Positions 1-10,813 are shown, counted from the stretch's first letter. The stretch is DNA of 64,000 nucleotides from Phycisphaerae bacterium (GCA_963666835.2 CAXXGO010000001.1:1280001-1344000), one strand, 5' to 3'. Translations and numbers: made by a program. Notes: generated from the letters alone by a model not told the origin.

Positions 1-63
1 CGGATGGAAATGGGCGGTGCGCGTTGCGGCGGGACTACGAGGACACATTAGCGAGGCGAAGCA

Positions 64-249
64 ATGCTTGAACGGGAACGGATCGACTTACTGCGGAGGT
101 ACTCTGGAGAGATCATGGCGGCTATTGTCGGGACCAGCGTGGGCACCGAGGCTCTGCCGCGGCCGGACAAGGCGGCCAAGCAGGCGTGTGTCCTGGCCGG
201 GGCACTCCTGCAAGAGGTTGAAAAGGCGGAAGCAAAACTGGCGACCTAG
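64..249 (+). CDS. small hypothetical protein
   Basis: ORF with plausible composition; GAGG upstream; no family recognised. Confidence 0.4.
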   Translation: MLERERIDLLRRYSGEIMAAIVGTSVGTEALPRPDKAAKQACVLAGALLQEVEKAEAKLAT

Positions 250-500
250 TGCCACCTATCGGAAGGTCGTTCACGGTCCTTCACTACCTGGTAAGGGGCG
301 GAGGAAGATACACGACGACTTTGTTGAAGACAACCCGGCTCTGTTGCCTTGGGGATGCGCTGACGACAGCCCCGCCACTGAGATGTCATGCAGTGGCAGG
401 GCTGTCGTAATACAGTGGCCACGGTCAAGAAAGTGGGCCGGCTCCGACCCGATTCGCCCTTGGATGATACTAAGATGCGCCCGTACCCTCTCGCAACGGG

Positions 501-2201
501 CTAGGGCTTTCCGGGTCCTCCGCCCGCCGACCGCAGGATCTTCGCGGCCCCCGCTTCCTCGAACCGGGATAGATCGGTCCAGAAGGTCCCGTCCCCGGCG
601 AAGAAAAGCTGAATCGACTCGGGTTCGAAGTTCTCGGCGAAAGTGTAGAGATTGTACGCCGACCCACTACCCAGGGCGCCAACCAGCAGCCGATATCCGT
701 CGGCCTCGGCCTGTTGAGCCATTTTGTCCACGTCCGCGTTCGCCTGCCCGAGAATCTCGATACGTTGCGCGTCGAGCCGGGCGACTTCCTCTTGAATCGT
801 AGCCACTTCCAGCTTCGCCTGGGCATCGATTTCCGCCGCGCGCTTCTCGCCATCGGCCGTTACGTTGGCGACCATCACCCGGGTTTCGGCCTGGATCGTC
901 TCACGAGCGATATCGATCTTCTTACGTTCCTCTTCCAGTTGGGCGCGGACTGTGGCCGCCTCCCGCTGTTTGTCCTTGGTGATCTGTTTCTCAACCGCCG
1001 CATAGCTTTGCTGAATCGTACGCTTCAGATCTTCCGTAACTTCACCCTCGGCCATCCCGGACGACGGCGCATGCACCTCGATTTCGCGGACCAAGGCGAT
1101 AAGCACTTCGATGTTCTTGCGGCCGCAGATCCGTTGCAGCTCCGCGGTGAGGTCGCGTTGGAACAGCTCGCGTTTCTCGCCGTGGATGAAGTCCCTGGCG
1201 TCGTAGGTCGATCCGATATTACGGCAAATCGAGCGCAGTTGCGGGCCGATCACCTTGTCCAGTACGCGATCTACGTTTCCGAACTCGTTGATGATCTCCG
1301 CCGCGTGTTCCGGATGGACGCCCCACACCACGGTGACCCCGACGCGGATCAGGTATCCGGTGTCCGAAGGAAAGGAAATCCGAAGATTCTCGGCTTCCGA
1401 GACCTTTGTTTGAGAATACTCGTTGAAGCCGATCTCGATCAAGGTGACCTTCTGCAGTCTCGGGTTGATGAAGTAGACACCAGGCTGTAACACGTCGCGC
1501 AATGTGCCGCGCTGGCCCTTGTCAGCTAAAGGCCGCACGAAGCTGTGATAATCCTCGGTGTCTCCCGACTCCGCGCCGGATGCTACCGAGCTGTCGACCG
1601 GTGCAAGTTCCGGAGGATCGTCACCGAAGAGGTTCGTTACGACCCCGACGAATCCGGCCGGAATGACCACGGCCGGATGGAGTTCGACGTCATAGACGTA
1701 CGGGTTGATCCGGTATGTCCCCGGTGTCAGGACTTCTCGCAGAATACCGCGTACCCCGGACTCGCGGGTGACAACCACTTGGCCCGGAGCGGGATCGGCG
1801 CCAACCTTGCGCGTAACCACCCCGATTTTTGGGAAGTTCCCCTGGAATTTAAAGGTGCCGGAGCGCAGCTCGTCTCGCTGACTCTTGTTGAGGGAGTGGA
1901 TCCACTCCCAAGTGCTCGGGTCCCCGGATGGGATCTGCTGTAGGGGGTGCAGTTCGGCTTCCCAGATGATGGGCCAGCGAAAGTGCCGTCCAGGCCCGAG
2001 CACGTCCATCTGGATTCCCTTCTGCCCCGGCGCGGTGGCTACGGCTTGTCCTTGTGGAAGTTCCGTCCCGGTCTTCCGGGTGAGCACGGCACATTGGTCC
2101 TCCGGCACGTAGATCCGGCACGCAAACCAGGCAAACAGACCTGACGCGGCAAGCGCCGTACACAGTAGACCGAGCCCAAGGATGATTCTTCGATACATCA
2201 T
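501..2201 (-). CDS. SPFH/band 7 (flotillin-like) membrane protein
   Basis: N-terminal TM helix, repeated G-x-R/Q...VL-x-PG-x-Y units, SPFH core, Ala/Glu-rich coiled coil. Confidence 0.8.
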   Translation of the reverse strand: MMYRRIILGLGLLCTALAASGLFAWFACRIYVPEDQCAVLTRKTGTELPQGQAVATAPGQKGIQMDVLGPGRHFRWPIIWEAELHPLQQIPSGDPSTWEWIHSLNKSQRDELRSGTFKFQGNFPKIGVVTRKVGADPAPGQVVVTRESGVRGILREVLTPGTYRINPYVYDVELHPAVVIPAGFVGVVTNLFGDDPPELAPVDSSVASGAESGDTEDYHSFVRPLADKGQRGTLRDVLQPGVYFINPRLQKVTLIEIGFNEYSQTKVSEAENLRISFPSDTGYLIRVGVTVVWGVHPEHAAEIINEFGNVDRVLDKVIGPQLRSICRNIGSTYDARDFIHGEKRELFQRDLTAELQRICGRKNIEVLIALVREIEVHAPSSGMAEGEVTEDLKRTIQQSYAAVEKQITKDKQREAATVRAQLEEERKKIDIARETIQAETRVMVANVTADGEKRAAEIDAQAKLEVATIQEEVARLDAQRIEILGQANADVDKMAQQAEADGYRLLVGALGSGSAYNLYTFAENFEPESIQLFFAGDGTFWTDLSRFEEAGAAKILRSAGGGPGKP

Positions 2202-3787
2202 TTACCACCTCCCTGCGAGGCCTCGCTCTCAAAGGTCTGCAACTGTTTGAAGATCTCGGCGAAAGGACCTTCTGTGTTTGACAATATGGACTTGATCGAC
2301 GGTGCAATCTTCCGCAAGAACGACTGTTGAGCATACGTAGTTCCGTCGCCGAATGCCTCCACCGCCGCCGCCAGCGGCTCCGCCTGCGCCTCGTATTCGA
2401 AGAGTACAACGTTCGCTTCGGCCCGCCCCCGCGCTCGCGTAGCCGCCGCTTCCTTCTCGGCGGCCTGCAGCACGAGTTTCGCCACTTCCAACTCTCGCTG
2501 GGCCTGGGTGACCGCGATGATCTTGCGCTGCTCCGCCTTTTTGGTTACGGTGACGACGTCGCGCCGGGCGTTGCCGATAGCCTGGTTTCGAGCGCTTAGC
2601 TCTTGTTGCTCTACGAGCTTCACTTCGGACTTGGCCTCTTCCATTTCGTTCATGGAGCGCTCGATCTCCTGATCGGCCTGCTCCCGTTGGCTGATCAGCG
2701 CGGCGATCTCGGCCGGCGGGATGATGTCCCGCACCAGGGCGGCCTTGATGTCGATACCACCCTTGCTGCACTCGCGGCGCAACTCGTCCAGCAGGCGCAC
2801 CTGGAACGCCGTTCGGGTCTTGCCGCTAATAAAGTCGCGGGCCTTAAGCTTCGATCCCTGGATGCGAGAGATACTCCGGGCGTTCGGCAGGATGATCTTG
2901 TTGAGGATGTCGGTCTCGTCTCCGTACGCCACCGTCACCTCGGCCACTCGATTGGGCAGGATGGCCCACTCGATCGTCCCCTCAATCGTGATCGTGAAGC
3001 TATCGTACGAGGGGAAGTGAATCGCGTCGTCGCCCAGCATGTCATACTTGTGACTCCGCACGTCGACGATCTCGATCTTCTCTAGATACGGGTTGTAGTA
3101 CTCCAGACCCGGTGGACGAGTCCGGCGCTGAACGCCCTTCTCCCCGGGTTCGACCGTCCAAGTGTTTCGGGTTACCGGATCCTGCCCGCTGAGCAGGGTG
3201 ACCACGCCTACATGGCCTTCCGGAATCTGAATGGCGTCGAATTGTTGAACATCGTAGGCCAGCAAGTTGATGTTGTGACGCGCCGGCTTCAGGATTGCTT
3301 CGACCGGCCCGCGTTCGTCAGGCTCCGTGGCCACCGTCTTGGGAAACGGTAGCGGATTCCCGTAGCGGCGAACCAAGACCCCGATCCTATTCTGCTTGAT
3401 GAGCGTAGCCCGCTGTTTGATGGCCTTGTATTTGTACGGGTTGGGGAAGTAACGCCCTTCGGTCAAGACCTCGTAGCGGATTCCCTTGTAACCTTCGCGA
3501 ACCTCCTCTTCCGTTTCCCCGGTTACCTCGGCGATGCTCCGAACCAACTCAGGATAGAGCACAACCTGGTCGGAGAACTGGTCCGCCAGCTCCTTAGGAA
3601 TGGTCCGGCCGGTCTTGTTGACCAGCACCAGCAACTCGTTTGCCTCGACCTCCACACGAATCAGGAACCAGTAGATGGCTCCGGTCAACAGCAGCATGAA
3701 GAGCGGCACGGCCACGATCGCCGCCACCCCGGGCAACGGGGAGCGCGGAATCGATGGTCGGACAGGGGTAGTATCGTAGTCCGGCAT
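2198..3787 (-). CDS. SPFH/band 7 membrane protein, paralogue
   Basis: Same architecture; stop overlaps start of the next gene; start taken at MPDYD. Confidence 0.8.
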   Translation of the reverse strand: MPDYDTTPVRPSIPRSPLPGVAAIVAVPLFMLLLTGAIYWFLIRVEVEANELLVLVNKTGRTIPKELADQFSDQVVLYPELVRSIAEVTGETEEEVREGYKGIRYEVLTEGRYFPNPYKYKAIKQRATLIKQNRIGVLVRRYGNPLPFPKTVATEPDERGPVEAILKPARHNINLLAYDVQQFDAIQIPEGHVGVVTLLSGQDPVTRNTWTVEPGEKGVQRRTRPPGLEYYNPYLEKIEIVDVRSHKYDMLGDDAIHFPSYDSFTITIEGTIEWAILPNRVAEVTVAYGDETDILNKIILPNARSISRIQGSKLKARDFISGKTRTAFQVRLLDELRRECSKGGIDIKAALVRDIIPPAEIAALISQREQADQEIERSMNEMEEAKSEVKLVEQQELSARNQAIGNARRDVVTVTKKAEQRKIIAVTQAQRELEVAKLVLQAAEKEAAATRARGRAEANVVLFEYEAQAEPLAAAVEAFGDGTTYAQQSFLRKIAPSIKSILSNTEGPFAEIFKQLQTFESEASQGGGK

Positions 3788-3957
3788 AATGTGAAGTCCT
3801 TTCAGTTTACCGACAAGTACGCGAGTATTTGCACGTCCCGCACCAAGGACGCCTTGGAGAGGTCGCTCGCCGACAGACACGGCCCACCGCGACCGGAACT
3901 TGACCGAGAAGCCCGGAAGAGAATCCCGCGGCTTCACCGGGCTCAATCAACAGACCG

Positions 3958-4149
3958 TTAATCCAGCGGGTTGCCGCACTGGGCGCAGTATTTGGCTCGC
4001 ACCGGATTAACGGCGCGGCACCGGGAGCACACCTGGCGGCGCCCCGCCCGCGCGCGACTCCGCCACGCCCGCCACATCAGGCCAACTCCTACGGCGAAGC
4101 AGCCCACCAGCGCGAGCGCGACAATCTGCGTCATCGGGCCTGCGAACAT
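3958..4149 (-). CDS. small TM + zinc-ribbon protein
   Basis: TM helix followed by CSRC...AKYCAQCG. Confidence 0.6.
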   Translation of the reverse strand: MFAGPMTQIVALALVGCFAVGVGLMWRAWRSRARAGRRQVCSRCRAVNPVRAKYCAQCGNPLD

Positions 4150-4346
4150 GTAAGGGTCCTCGTTTCGTACCAACTGATCCGCCGGTAATATACCACACGC
4201 CCCCGACGGTGCCATTTACAATTATGCGCGTACTTTCGAACCACCACCCGAGCCGGCGAACGCCGACCTGAAACGTGCCGACATGGGTGGCGGCGGGTTT
4301 TCGCTCGCTGGCCTGCTCGGATACGATAGAAGTGCGATTGTGCCGG

Positions 4347-4625
4347 CTGGCCCCTCTTCAAAGGTGGGGGACTGGCGTCACTTTCTCCGTTGTGCGAAAC
4401 ACGGCCGGGTGGCCCACGTCCTTTTGATTTGTGCGGATACTCTGATTGGTTGAGGGTCGTTCAAGGCTATGTCGTCTGGACGTGGGGGAGCCGATGATAT
4501 ACCCTCCCGTGCACGCCGACGCATCTTCGCTCTTGCCCCGAAGGAGCCCAGGTGTGTAGCCAGGGGGCGCAAGCCCCTGGTGAGGGTGCCGCCAATGTCG
4601 ATTAGCCCCGAGAGGCGACAGAAGG
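4347..4625. repeat. mosaic of REP-like palindromic modules
   Basis: About 90-bp CCCACGTCC..GGACGTGGG module (4407-4497) plus GTAGCCAGGGGGCGCAAGCCCCTGG hairpin; both recur at 6110-6293. Confidence 0.75.
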
Positions 4626-4636
4626 AAGAGGCGACC

Positions 4637-4687
4637 ATGGGCCAAACGCTCACCTGTTTGCACTACCACGTTGTGTTCAGCGGGTAG
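4637..4687 (+). pseudogene. tnpA: N-terminal remnant of IS200/IS605 or RAYT-type Y1 transposase
   Basis: MGQTLTCLHYHVVFS resembles the TnpA N-terminus; preceded by a purine-rich RBS and a REP; stops at once. Confidence 0.6.
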
Positions 4688-4785
4688 GGCAGGTCGTCGA
4701 CCTGCCATCGGGATCGAGGTCGATTTGAACGTCGTGACTCAGTGCTGGGGAGAAGATGCAAAGGAACGCGCGATCGGAGAAGGCT

Positions 4786-5523
4786 ATGCGAGATTGGTGG
4801 ACCAACAGAACGAAGAGGCCCATCCTACTCGCAGCGGTCTCTCTTCTGGTGATTCTCGTTTATCTGTGGGCGTCGGCGATCAAGAGCGACGTTCCGGTGT
4901 TCGACGTGCCGCGTCTGTTTGGAGACTCGTTAATGCTGCGTTATGAGTCGGAGGATGGCGGCGATCTTCTGATCACCCGTACTCGGCTGCACTACCAACG
5001 CAAGGGCGGCGTTCATCCCAATCCGGTTTACCGGTATGATTCCGCGGACGGGACCCTGGAAGAAGGTGGTGGCAGAGATTGGGACATGGCAGCGGGTGAG
5101 ATAATCAAGACTTTCTCCACGGGATCGGCGACGGATGCGCGTCTCATCGTGAAAGACGGGCGGCTGCGTCATTGGGGTAAGGCCATCAAATCTCGCACAA
5201 TCCTGACAAAGGGGGAAACTGCGCTGGGAGTGTGCGTGGACTCTCCCGGACGACTAACCGCAGTCTTCTCGGCAGACGGACGGAAGCGGCCGGTGTTGAG
5301 GGGGTGGTTTGTCTCAGCCGGTGGCGGCTACAGGGGGCAGCACTATGTTGAGTTCTTCGAGTTGCCCTCTGCCGAGCGGATTGGAGATGCCGTTCGAATT
5401 CCCTTTACTACGGCGGAGGGAATGGAGTCCGGCTGTTGGTCGGAAGATGAAAAGTACTTCGTATTGGCGTCGCACCGGCAGATGCGCCTATGCGTGATTC
5501 ATGTCGGTCATAACGGGGAGTGA
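4786..5523 (+). CDS. hypothetical exported protein
   Basis: RBS, N-terminal TM segment, beta-rich body. Confidence 0.6.
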   Translation: MRDWWTNRTKRPILLAAVSLLVILVYLWASAIKSDVPVFDVPRLFGDSLMLRYESEDGGDLLITRTRLHYQRKGGVHPNPVYRYDSADGTLEEGGGRDWDMAAGEIIKTFSTGSATDARLIVKDGRLRHWGKAIKSRTILTKGETALGVCVDSPGRLTAVFSADGRKRPVLRGWFVSAGGGYRGQHYVEFFELPSAERIGDAVRIPFTTAEGMESGCWSEDEKYFVLASHRQMRLCVIHVGHNGE

Positions 5524-5647
5524 GAGGCATGCAGCCCGGTGGCAGACAGCGTTGGTGTCTTTCCATGGAGCCGCGGTTCGGTTAGTCTCCCGGCAGAGTG
5601 TTGAGTTCGATCTGAAGAACAAGGAACCACTTCACGGAGGCTCACGA

Positions 5648-6058
5648 ATGAAACTGGCGGTGTTTCTCATTGTCGTTGTTGGGGTTGTGGTTGCGGTCAT
5701 GTACATCGGAGGGTCATCGACGGAGGATTTCGATCCGACGGAGCAGGGTTTGCAGGCCCGCGCGGCTGTCAAGATGGGCGTACCCTGGACCGAGGTGCTC
5801 GAGGTCGCCGGAGAACCGCGTCACTGGCGCGACGAGCCCAGTGGGTTCGACTTCCATTATGTAGATCGGTTCGATTCCAACGCGCGCGAGGTGATCGCCA
5901 AGGGTATTGAGGAGGACGACTATCCGTATGGGTTCAGCTTCCTCTACCGGTTTTCTGATTCCGCCACGTTCGCAGTGAATTTCGACCGCAAGGGCATGAG
6001 CGTTAACATCCAGGACAAAGAGAGTAAGAAAGACCTGATGGAAGATCTCGGCGGGTAG
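5648..6058 (+). CDS. hypothetical exported protein
   Basis: GGAGG RBS, signal/anchor sequence. Confidence 0.7.
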   Translation: MKLAVFLIVVVGVVVAVMYIGGSSTEDFDPTEQGLQARAAVKMGVPWTEVLEVAGEPRHWRDEPSGFDFHYVDRFDSNAREVIAKGIEEDDYPYGFSFLYRFSDSATFAVNFDRKGMSVNIQDKESKKDLMEDLGG

Positions 6059-6109
6059 GGCGATCGGCGGCCGTCGGCTGCGGTCGAGGGTGGTGCGAAC
6101 CGTCGAAGC

Positions 6110-6293
6110 TCTTGCCCCGAGGGGGCTCGGGTGTGTAGCCAGGGGGGGCAAGCCCCTGGCCGCGTGGCCCGTGCCGTTCTGAATTGCGCGGATATTCCGA
6201 TCGAGTGGCCCACGTGCTTTTGACTTGCGCGGATACTCCGATTCGTCGAGAATCACGCGAGCCTATGTTGTCTGCACGTGGGGGAGCCGATGA
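6110..6293. repeat. REP-like mosaic, second copy of modules at 4407-4580
   Basis: Same two modules in swapped order. Confidence 0.75.
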
Positions 6294-6368
6294 CATACGG
6301 TCTCCCCCGGGCCACCCGGCCGTTACGTAAGGACCGTGGCAGGCATTGGCACTTACGGTGCAGATCGA

Positions 6369-6791
6369 TCACTCGGGTGTGTATTGGTCGAGAAAGCTCT
6401 GCAAGATGACCTGGGCGGCCACGCGGTCCAGGCGGGCCTTCTTCTTCTTGCGGGTTAGCTCGGCGGGTAGAAGCAGCTCCTCGGCTGCGAAGCTCGAGAG
6501 CCGTTCATCGAAGTAATGGACCGTAAGAGCGGTCAAACGCGTCAGTTCCGCACCGAATGATCGGGTGATCTTGGCCTGTTTGCCTTCCGTGTCATCCATG
6601 TTGAGCGGCAGGCCGAGGACGAAGGCGTCCACGTCGTATTCCTTCGCAAGGGCGACGACGGCTGCGGCGCTTTCAGCCGGGGTCCCGCGGGTCGGCAGGG
6701 TGGTCAGTGGGGTGACAATGCGCGCATCGGCGTCGCTAACCGCCAATCCGATCCGCTTAGTGCCGTAGTCGATGCCAAGAAAGCGCGCCAT
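6369..6791 (-). CDS. yqgF: YqgF/RuvX pre-16S rRNA nuclease
   Basis: LGIDYGTKRIGLAVSD, GLPLNMD, DERLSS motifs. Confidence 0.95.
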   Translation of the reverse strand: MARFLGIDYGTKRIGLAVSDADARIVTPLTTLPTRGTPAESAAAVVALAKEYDVDAFVLGLPLNMDDTEGKQAKITRSFGAELTRLTALTVHYFDERLSSFAAEELLLPAELTRKKKKARLDRVAAQVILQSFLDQYTPE

Positions 6792-6842
6792 GAATTCACC
6801 CGGGCGAACCGACTCGGACCACCCTCCATCGAACACTCCGCA

Positions 6843-7914
6843 TCAGGCATACTCCTGGTCAAAGGTCTCGTGGATACCTTCCACCATATCCTTGAGGCGA
6901 TGCGCCTGGTCCTTTCGACAGACCAAGGTGGCGTCCGGAGAATGCACCACAATAAGGTCTTCGACTCCGATCGTAGCCACCAGGTGCTTCTCCTCCGAAA
7001 CAACGATATTGCCCCGCGAATCCAGGTGCCGCACGAGCGCGCCGGCGGTGATATTGCCGTTGGTGTCCGCGTCGATCACGCCTTCTATCGCCGGCCAGGT
7101 GCCCACGTCCACCCAGTTGCAGTCCATTTCGACGACCAGCACGCGCGGGGCGTTCTCCATTACCGCATAGTCAATACTGATCTTCGTAAGTGACGGATAC
7201 AGATTCCGGAGCTTCTGTTGGCGGGTATCGGTAAGCCACGCGGACGCAATCTCGCCGATGGCCGCACGCGAGGGAGGCAACTGCCGTTCCAGCTCGCCTA
7301 GGATGGTCGACGCCTGCCACGCGAACATGCCGCTGTTCCAGTAATACTCCCCGCTGGAGAAGTACTCCGTGGCCGTGGGCAGGTCCGGCTTCTCCTCGAA
7401 CTTCGCGACCTCATACAGGCCCTCGGCCAGACGTTGCCCTCGGCGGACGTAGCCGTAGTTGGTATCCGGACGAGTCGGTTTGATACCCATGGTCACCAGC
7501 GTGTCACCGTGCTCCTCGGCCGTGGCGAAGGCGTGGTTGACCGCCTTCTGAAATCGGTCTGGGGGGGGTGATGATATGATCGGCGGTGAACATCCCGATC
7601 ACGGCTTCGGGATCGCGCTGAGCTACTACGGCGGCCGACAGCCCGACGGCATTAGCGGTATCGCGGCCTACCGGCTCACCGATGAGATTGTCCGTGGGAA
7701 GTTCCGGGAGTTCTTTCGCCACCATGGGCAAATGATCGTCCGCGGTGATGATGTGAATCTGTTCGGGAGGCAGCAATGCCGCTACCCGTTCGTACGACTG
7801 CCGCAGAAGGCTGGTTCCGTCGAAGAGCCTGAGCAGTTGCTTGGGGCGTTGTTTTCTGCTCAACGGCCAGAGTCTGACTCCGGCCCCGCCGGCCATGATT
7901 ACGGCGTGTCGCAT
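6843..7914 (-). pseudogene. manC: mannose-1-phosphate guanylyltransferase, split by a +1 frameshift in a C8 run
   Basis: MAGGAGVRLWPLSR, EPVGRDTA, FEEKPD, WNSGMF, SIDYAVME; removing one base from the 7561-7568 run joins the two ORFs. Confidence 0.85.
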
Positions 7915-7942
7915 GGTGAACAGTCCTTATGTCTTTGTGATG

Positions 7943-10111
7943 TCATTCTATCTCGTCGAAATCCACGCGCTTAAGCTGGGCGAATTCCAGCACCCACGAC
8001 TTCCGAGCACCGCTCTTGAACAACACATCCACATGCGAGCGTTTGAACCCGCGGTGCATGGCTAAGACCTGGCCGAGCCCGAATTCCGGATGCTCTACCA
8101 AGGTGCCGATGCCCCATTGCTCAATATCATCGGGCAGGCGGCCCCGTGCGGAGTCGGACCGGTGTCTGACCGACTTGGGTTCGGGGGCGTCCCAATGGAG
8201 CTGATCCCGCGGCAACTCGTCCAGGAACGGGCTGCGCACCGTTCGGCTGGTTTCGCCGCGGAGCATGCGATACCGAGCCCGCGAAAGGGTAAGGTGCCGC
8301 TTGGCTCGCGTCATCCCCACGAAGAGCAGCCGGCGTTCCTCCTCTTCGTCCGCCGGCTCTTCGTCGCGCCGCTTGAACGGGAGCATCCCGTCTTCGAGCC
8401 CCATAATGAACACGGTTTCGAACTCGAGGCCCTTGGCGGCGTGGAGGGTCATCAAGGTGACAGTTCCGCCGTTCTCCCGGACCCCGTCCACGTCGCTGAG
8501 CAACGCGGTATACTCGAGCCAATCGCGGACCGTTGCGTCGGCGTGTTCCTGTTGGAAAAGGGCGGCGGCGTTGAGCAGTTCATCGAGGTTTGCCGCCGGG
8601 GCGTCGTCCACCCCGGTGGGGTCGTGGTACAAGGCCCGCAGACCGGATCGGCTCATGACCATCTCCAGGGCCTGACGCGCCGGAAGGGTCGGCGCCGGGG
8701 CGAGTTCCCGCAGGAGTTCTCCAAACTGACGCACCTTCGCCGCAGAACGCCCGAGAGCAGCGAGGTCCTCGCCCTGCAGAGTTTCGTAGATCGACCGGCC
8801 GGACTCCTGAGCCCGCTCGGTCAGCCGGCGGACGGTTGTCGCTCCGATCCCGCGGGTGGGCGTGTTAATGATTCGCAGCAAAGAGACCTCGTCGGCCGGG
8901 TTAACCAGCACGCGCAGGTAAGCGAGGACGTCCTTGATCTCCTTGCGGTTGTAGAACTCGACCCCGCGGGCGACCTGGTACGCGATCCCCTGGTGCAAGA
9001 GCGCTTCCTCAATACCGCGACTCAGGGAGTTGATCCGATAGAAGACCGCAATCTCGGACGGAGCCACCCCGTGGCGAAGCTGCCTGCCGATCTCGCGGGC
9101 GATGGCGGAGGCTTCCTCGTTGCCGCTTTCACTTTCGACCACGTGGACGGGGCTGCCGTCGGCGCCTTCGGTCCAAAGGGTCTTCTCCTTGCGGAGAGTG
9201 TTGGCCGAGATGAGCCGGTCGGCGGCGTCCAGAATGAGCTTGGTAGAGCGGAAGTTTTGCTCCAGGCGGACTACCTTCGCGCCGGGGTAGTCGCGTTCGA
9301 AGGTCAGGATGTTCTCGATGTTCGCCCCACGCCAGCCGTAGATCGACTGATCGGGGTCGCCGGTGGCACAGAGGTTCTTGCGTTGTTCGGTGAGCAGCCG
9401 GGCGATGGCGTACTGCGCGGCGTTGGTGTCCTGATACTCGTCGATTAACACATATCGGTACCGATCCTCCAGGCGCCGGCGTAGCTCGGAGTCGTGTTTC
9501 AGAAGGATCGCAACCCGCATCAGCAGGTCATCGAAGTCCAATCCGCCCATCTCCGTCAGAGCGGTTTCATAGGCTGCGTAGATGCGCGCGATGGTCCCGT
9601 GTCGCCAGTCGTTTTCCGTCTCGGCGAAGTCGGCGGCGGTCAGCATGTCGTTCTTGGCGTTGCTGATGTCCTGCTCGACCCGGGCCGGGCTCCAGTTGTC
9701 CGTGGAGAGATTGCACTCCGCGATGGCCTTCTTCAGCACCTTCCGGCGGTCTTCGCGGTCAAAGATCGTGAAATCTCTGGGGACGTTTGCCCGATCGTGG
9801 TGGATCCGTAGGAGCCGGGCGCACAGGGCGTGAAAGGTGCAGACGGTCATGCCTTCACCGAAGCCGAGGGCCGCGACGCGCTCGTACATCTCGCGGGCGG
9901 CTTTGTTCGTGAAGGTGATTGCCAGGATGTCGCGCGGCTCTGCCACCGTGGAGGCCAGATAAGCCGCCCGGCGCGTAACGACCCGGGTCTTCCCGCTGCC
10001 CGGTCCGGCGAGGATCAGCAGAGGCCCATCGGTGTGGACGGTCGCCTCTCGCTGAGGGTCGGTGAGGTCCTTAAGGAGCCCGGTCACAGTAGCATCCGTG
10101 CTGGTTCGCAT
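7943..10111 (-). CDS. pcrA: ATP-dependent DNA helicase PcrA/UvrD
   Basis: AGPGSGKT, DEYQD, GDPDQSIY, TLHAAKGLEF, C-terminal Tudor-like domain. Confidence 0.95.
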   Translation of the reverse strand: MRTSTDATVTGLLKDLTDPQREATVHTDGPLLILAGPGSGKTRVVTRRAAYLASTVAEPRDILAITFTNKAAREMYERVAALGFGEGMTVCTFHALCARLLRIHHDRANVPRDFTIFDREDRRKVLKKAIAECNLSTDNWSPARVEQDISNAKNDMLTAADFAETENDWRHGTIARIYAAYETALTEMGGLDFDDLLMRVAILLKHDSELRRRLEDRYRYVLIDEYQDTNAAQYAIARLLTEQRKNLCATGDPDQSIYGWRGANIENILTFERDYPGAKVVRLEQNFRSTKLILDAADRLISANTLRKEKTLWTEGADGSPVHVVESESGNEEASAIAREIGRQLRHGVAPSEIAVFYRINSLSRGIEEALLHQGIAYQVARGVEFYNRKEIKDVLAYLRVLVNPADEVSLLRIINTPTRGIGATTVRRLTERAQESGRSIYETLQGEDLAALGRSAAKVRQFGELLRELAPAPTLPARQALEMVMSRSGLRALYHDPTGVDDAPAANLDELLNAAALFQQEHADATVRDWLEYTALLSDVDGVRENGGTVTLMTLHAAKGLEFETVFIMGLEDGMLPFKRRDEEPADEEEERRLLFVGMTRAKRHLTLSRARYRMLRGETSRTVRSPFLDELPRDQLHWDAPEPKSVRHRSDSARGRLPDDIEQWGIGTLVEHPEFGLGQVLAMHRGFKRSHVDVLFKSGARKSWVLEFAQLKRVDFDEIE

Positions 10112-10165
10112 CCTCCTCTGTATAGCCGCTGAATCCGCGAGCGTCCACCCACGGCGCCTGGGAGA

Positions 10166-10813
10166 TTAAGGGCGGCGGTCGCCTTGCATGATGCGCACGA
10201 CTCTGCTGACCGTTTGCTGATCGGCAGCGGTGGCCTTGACGGTGAGGTGTCGTTCCCCGCGGGATACCAGCACGGGGACGTCATCGGCGGCGAGTATGCG
10301 GTACAGAGCTCGCGCTTTGGACTTCGGCATCTTGTACGTGCGGGTCGTATTCCACTGACCATGCAGTTTCCCGACATGGTCCTTCACAGTCTCCGGGGCC
10401 ACGTCGGCATGTCGGCCGAGGAGTTCCGCAAAGGCTGTCAACGCATCGATCTCGTCCGATGTGCCGGTAAGGACCAGACCACTCTCTTGACGACGGCCGA
10501 CCACAACGCGGATGTCCTTCGGGGCCAGAAGATCGTATACGCTGTCAGTCTTGGAAGGAGACAGAAACGGAGTGGCGCTAAGGGTGGGTAGGTTGGAATA
10601 GTCTCGCTGGGACTGCCCGGCAGACCGGGCCGCTCCGAGGACGGCCAGGGTCGCTGCTATGGTCACAACGATCGCCAGCAGCACGGCCACACTGCGCAAC
10701 TCGGGAGCGGGGCGAGACGTCGACTTCGACGGCATCAGGGGACGGCCGCACGTAACGCAGAACCTCGCTTGAAGCGGATACGAGCGATGGCACGTTGTAC
10801 AGATCATGTTCAT
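10166..10813 (-). CDS. zinc-ribbon + TM hypothetical protein
   Basis: CTTC...FCVTCG, TM helix, internally duplicated C-terminal domain. Confidence 0.6.
   Translation of the reverse strand: MNMICTTCHRSYPLQARFCVTCGRPLMPSKSTSRPAPELRSVAVLLAIVVTIAATLAVLGAARSAGQSQRDYSNLPTLSATPFLSPSKTDSVYDLLAPKDIRVVVGRRQESGLVLTGTSDEIDALTAFAELLGRHADVAPETVKDHVGKLHGQWNTTRTYKMPKSKARALYRILAADDVPVLVSRGERHLTVKATAADQQTVSRVVRIMQGDRRP

Noticed and set aside
8090..9448. Long antisense ORFs (also 714-1490, 55261-56310, 61066-62253)
   Set aside because: Shadow frames of well-supported genes in high-GC DNA.
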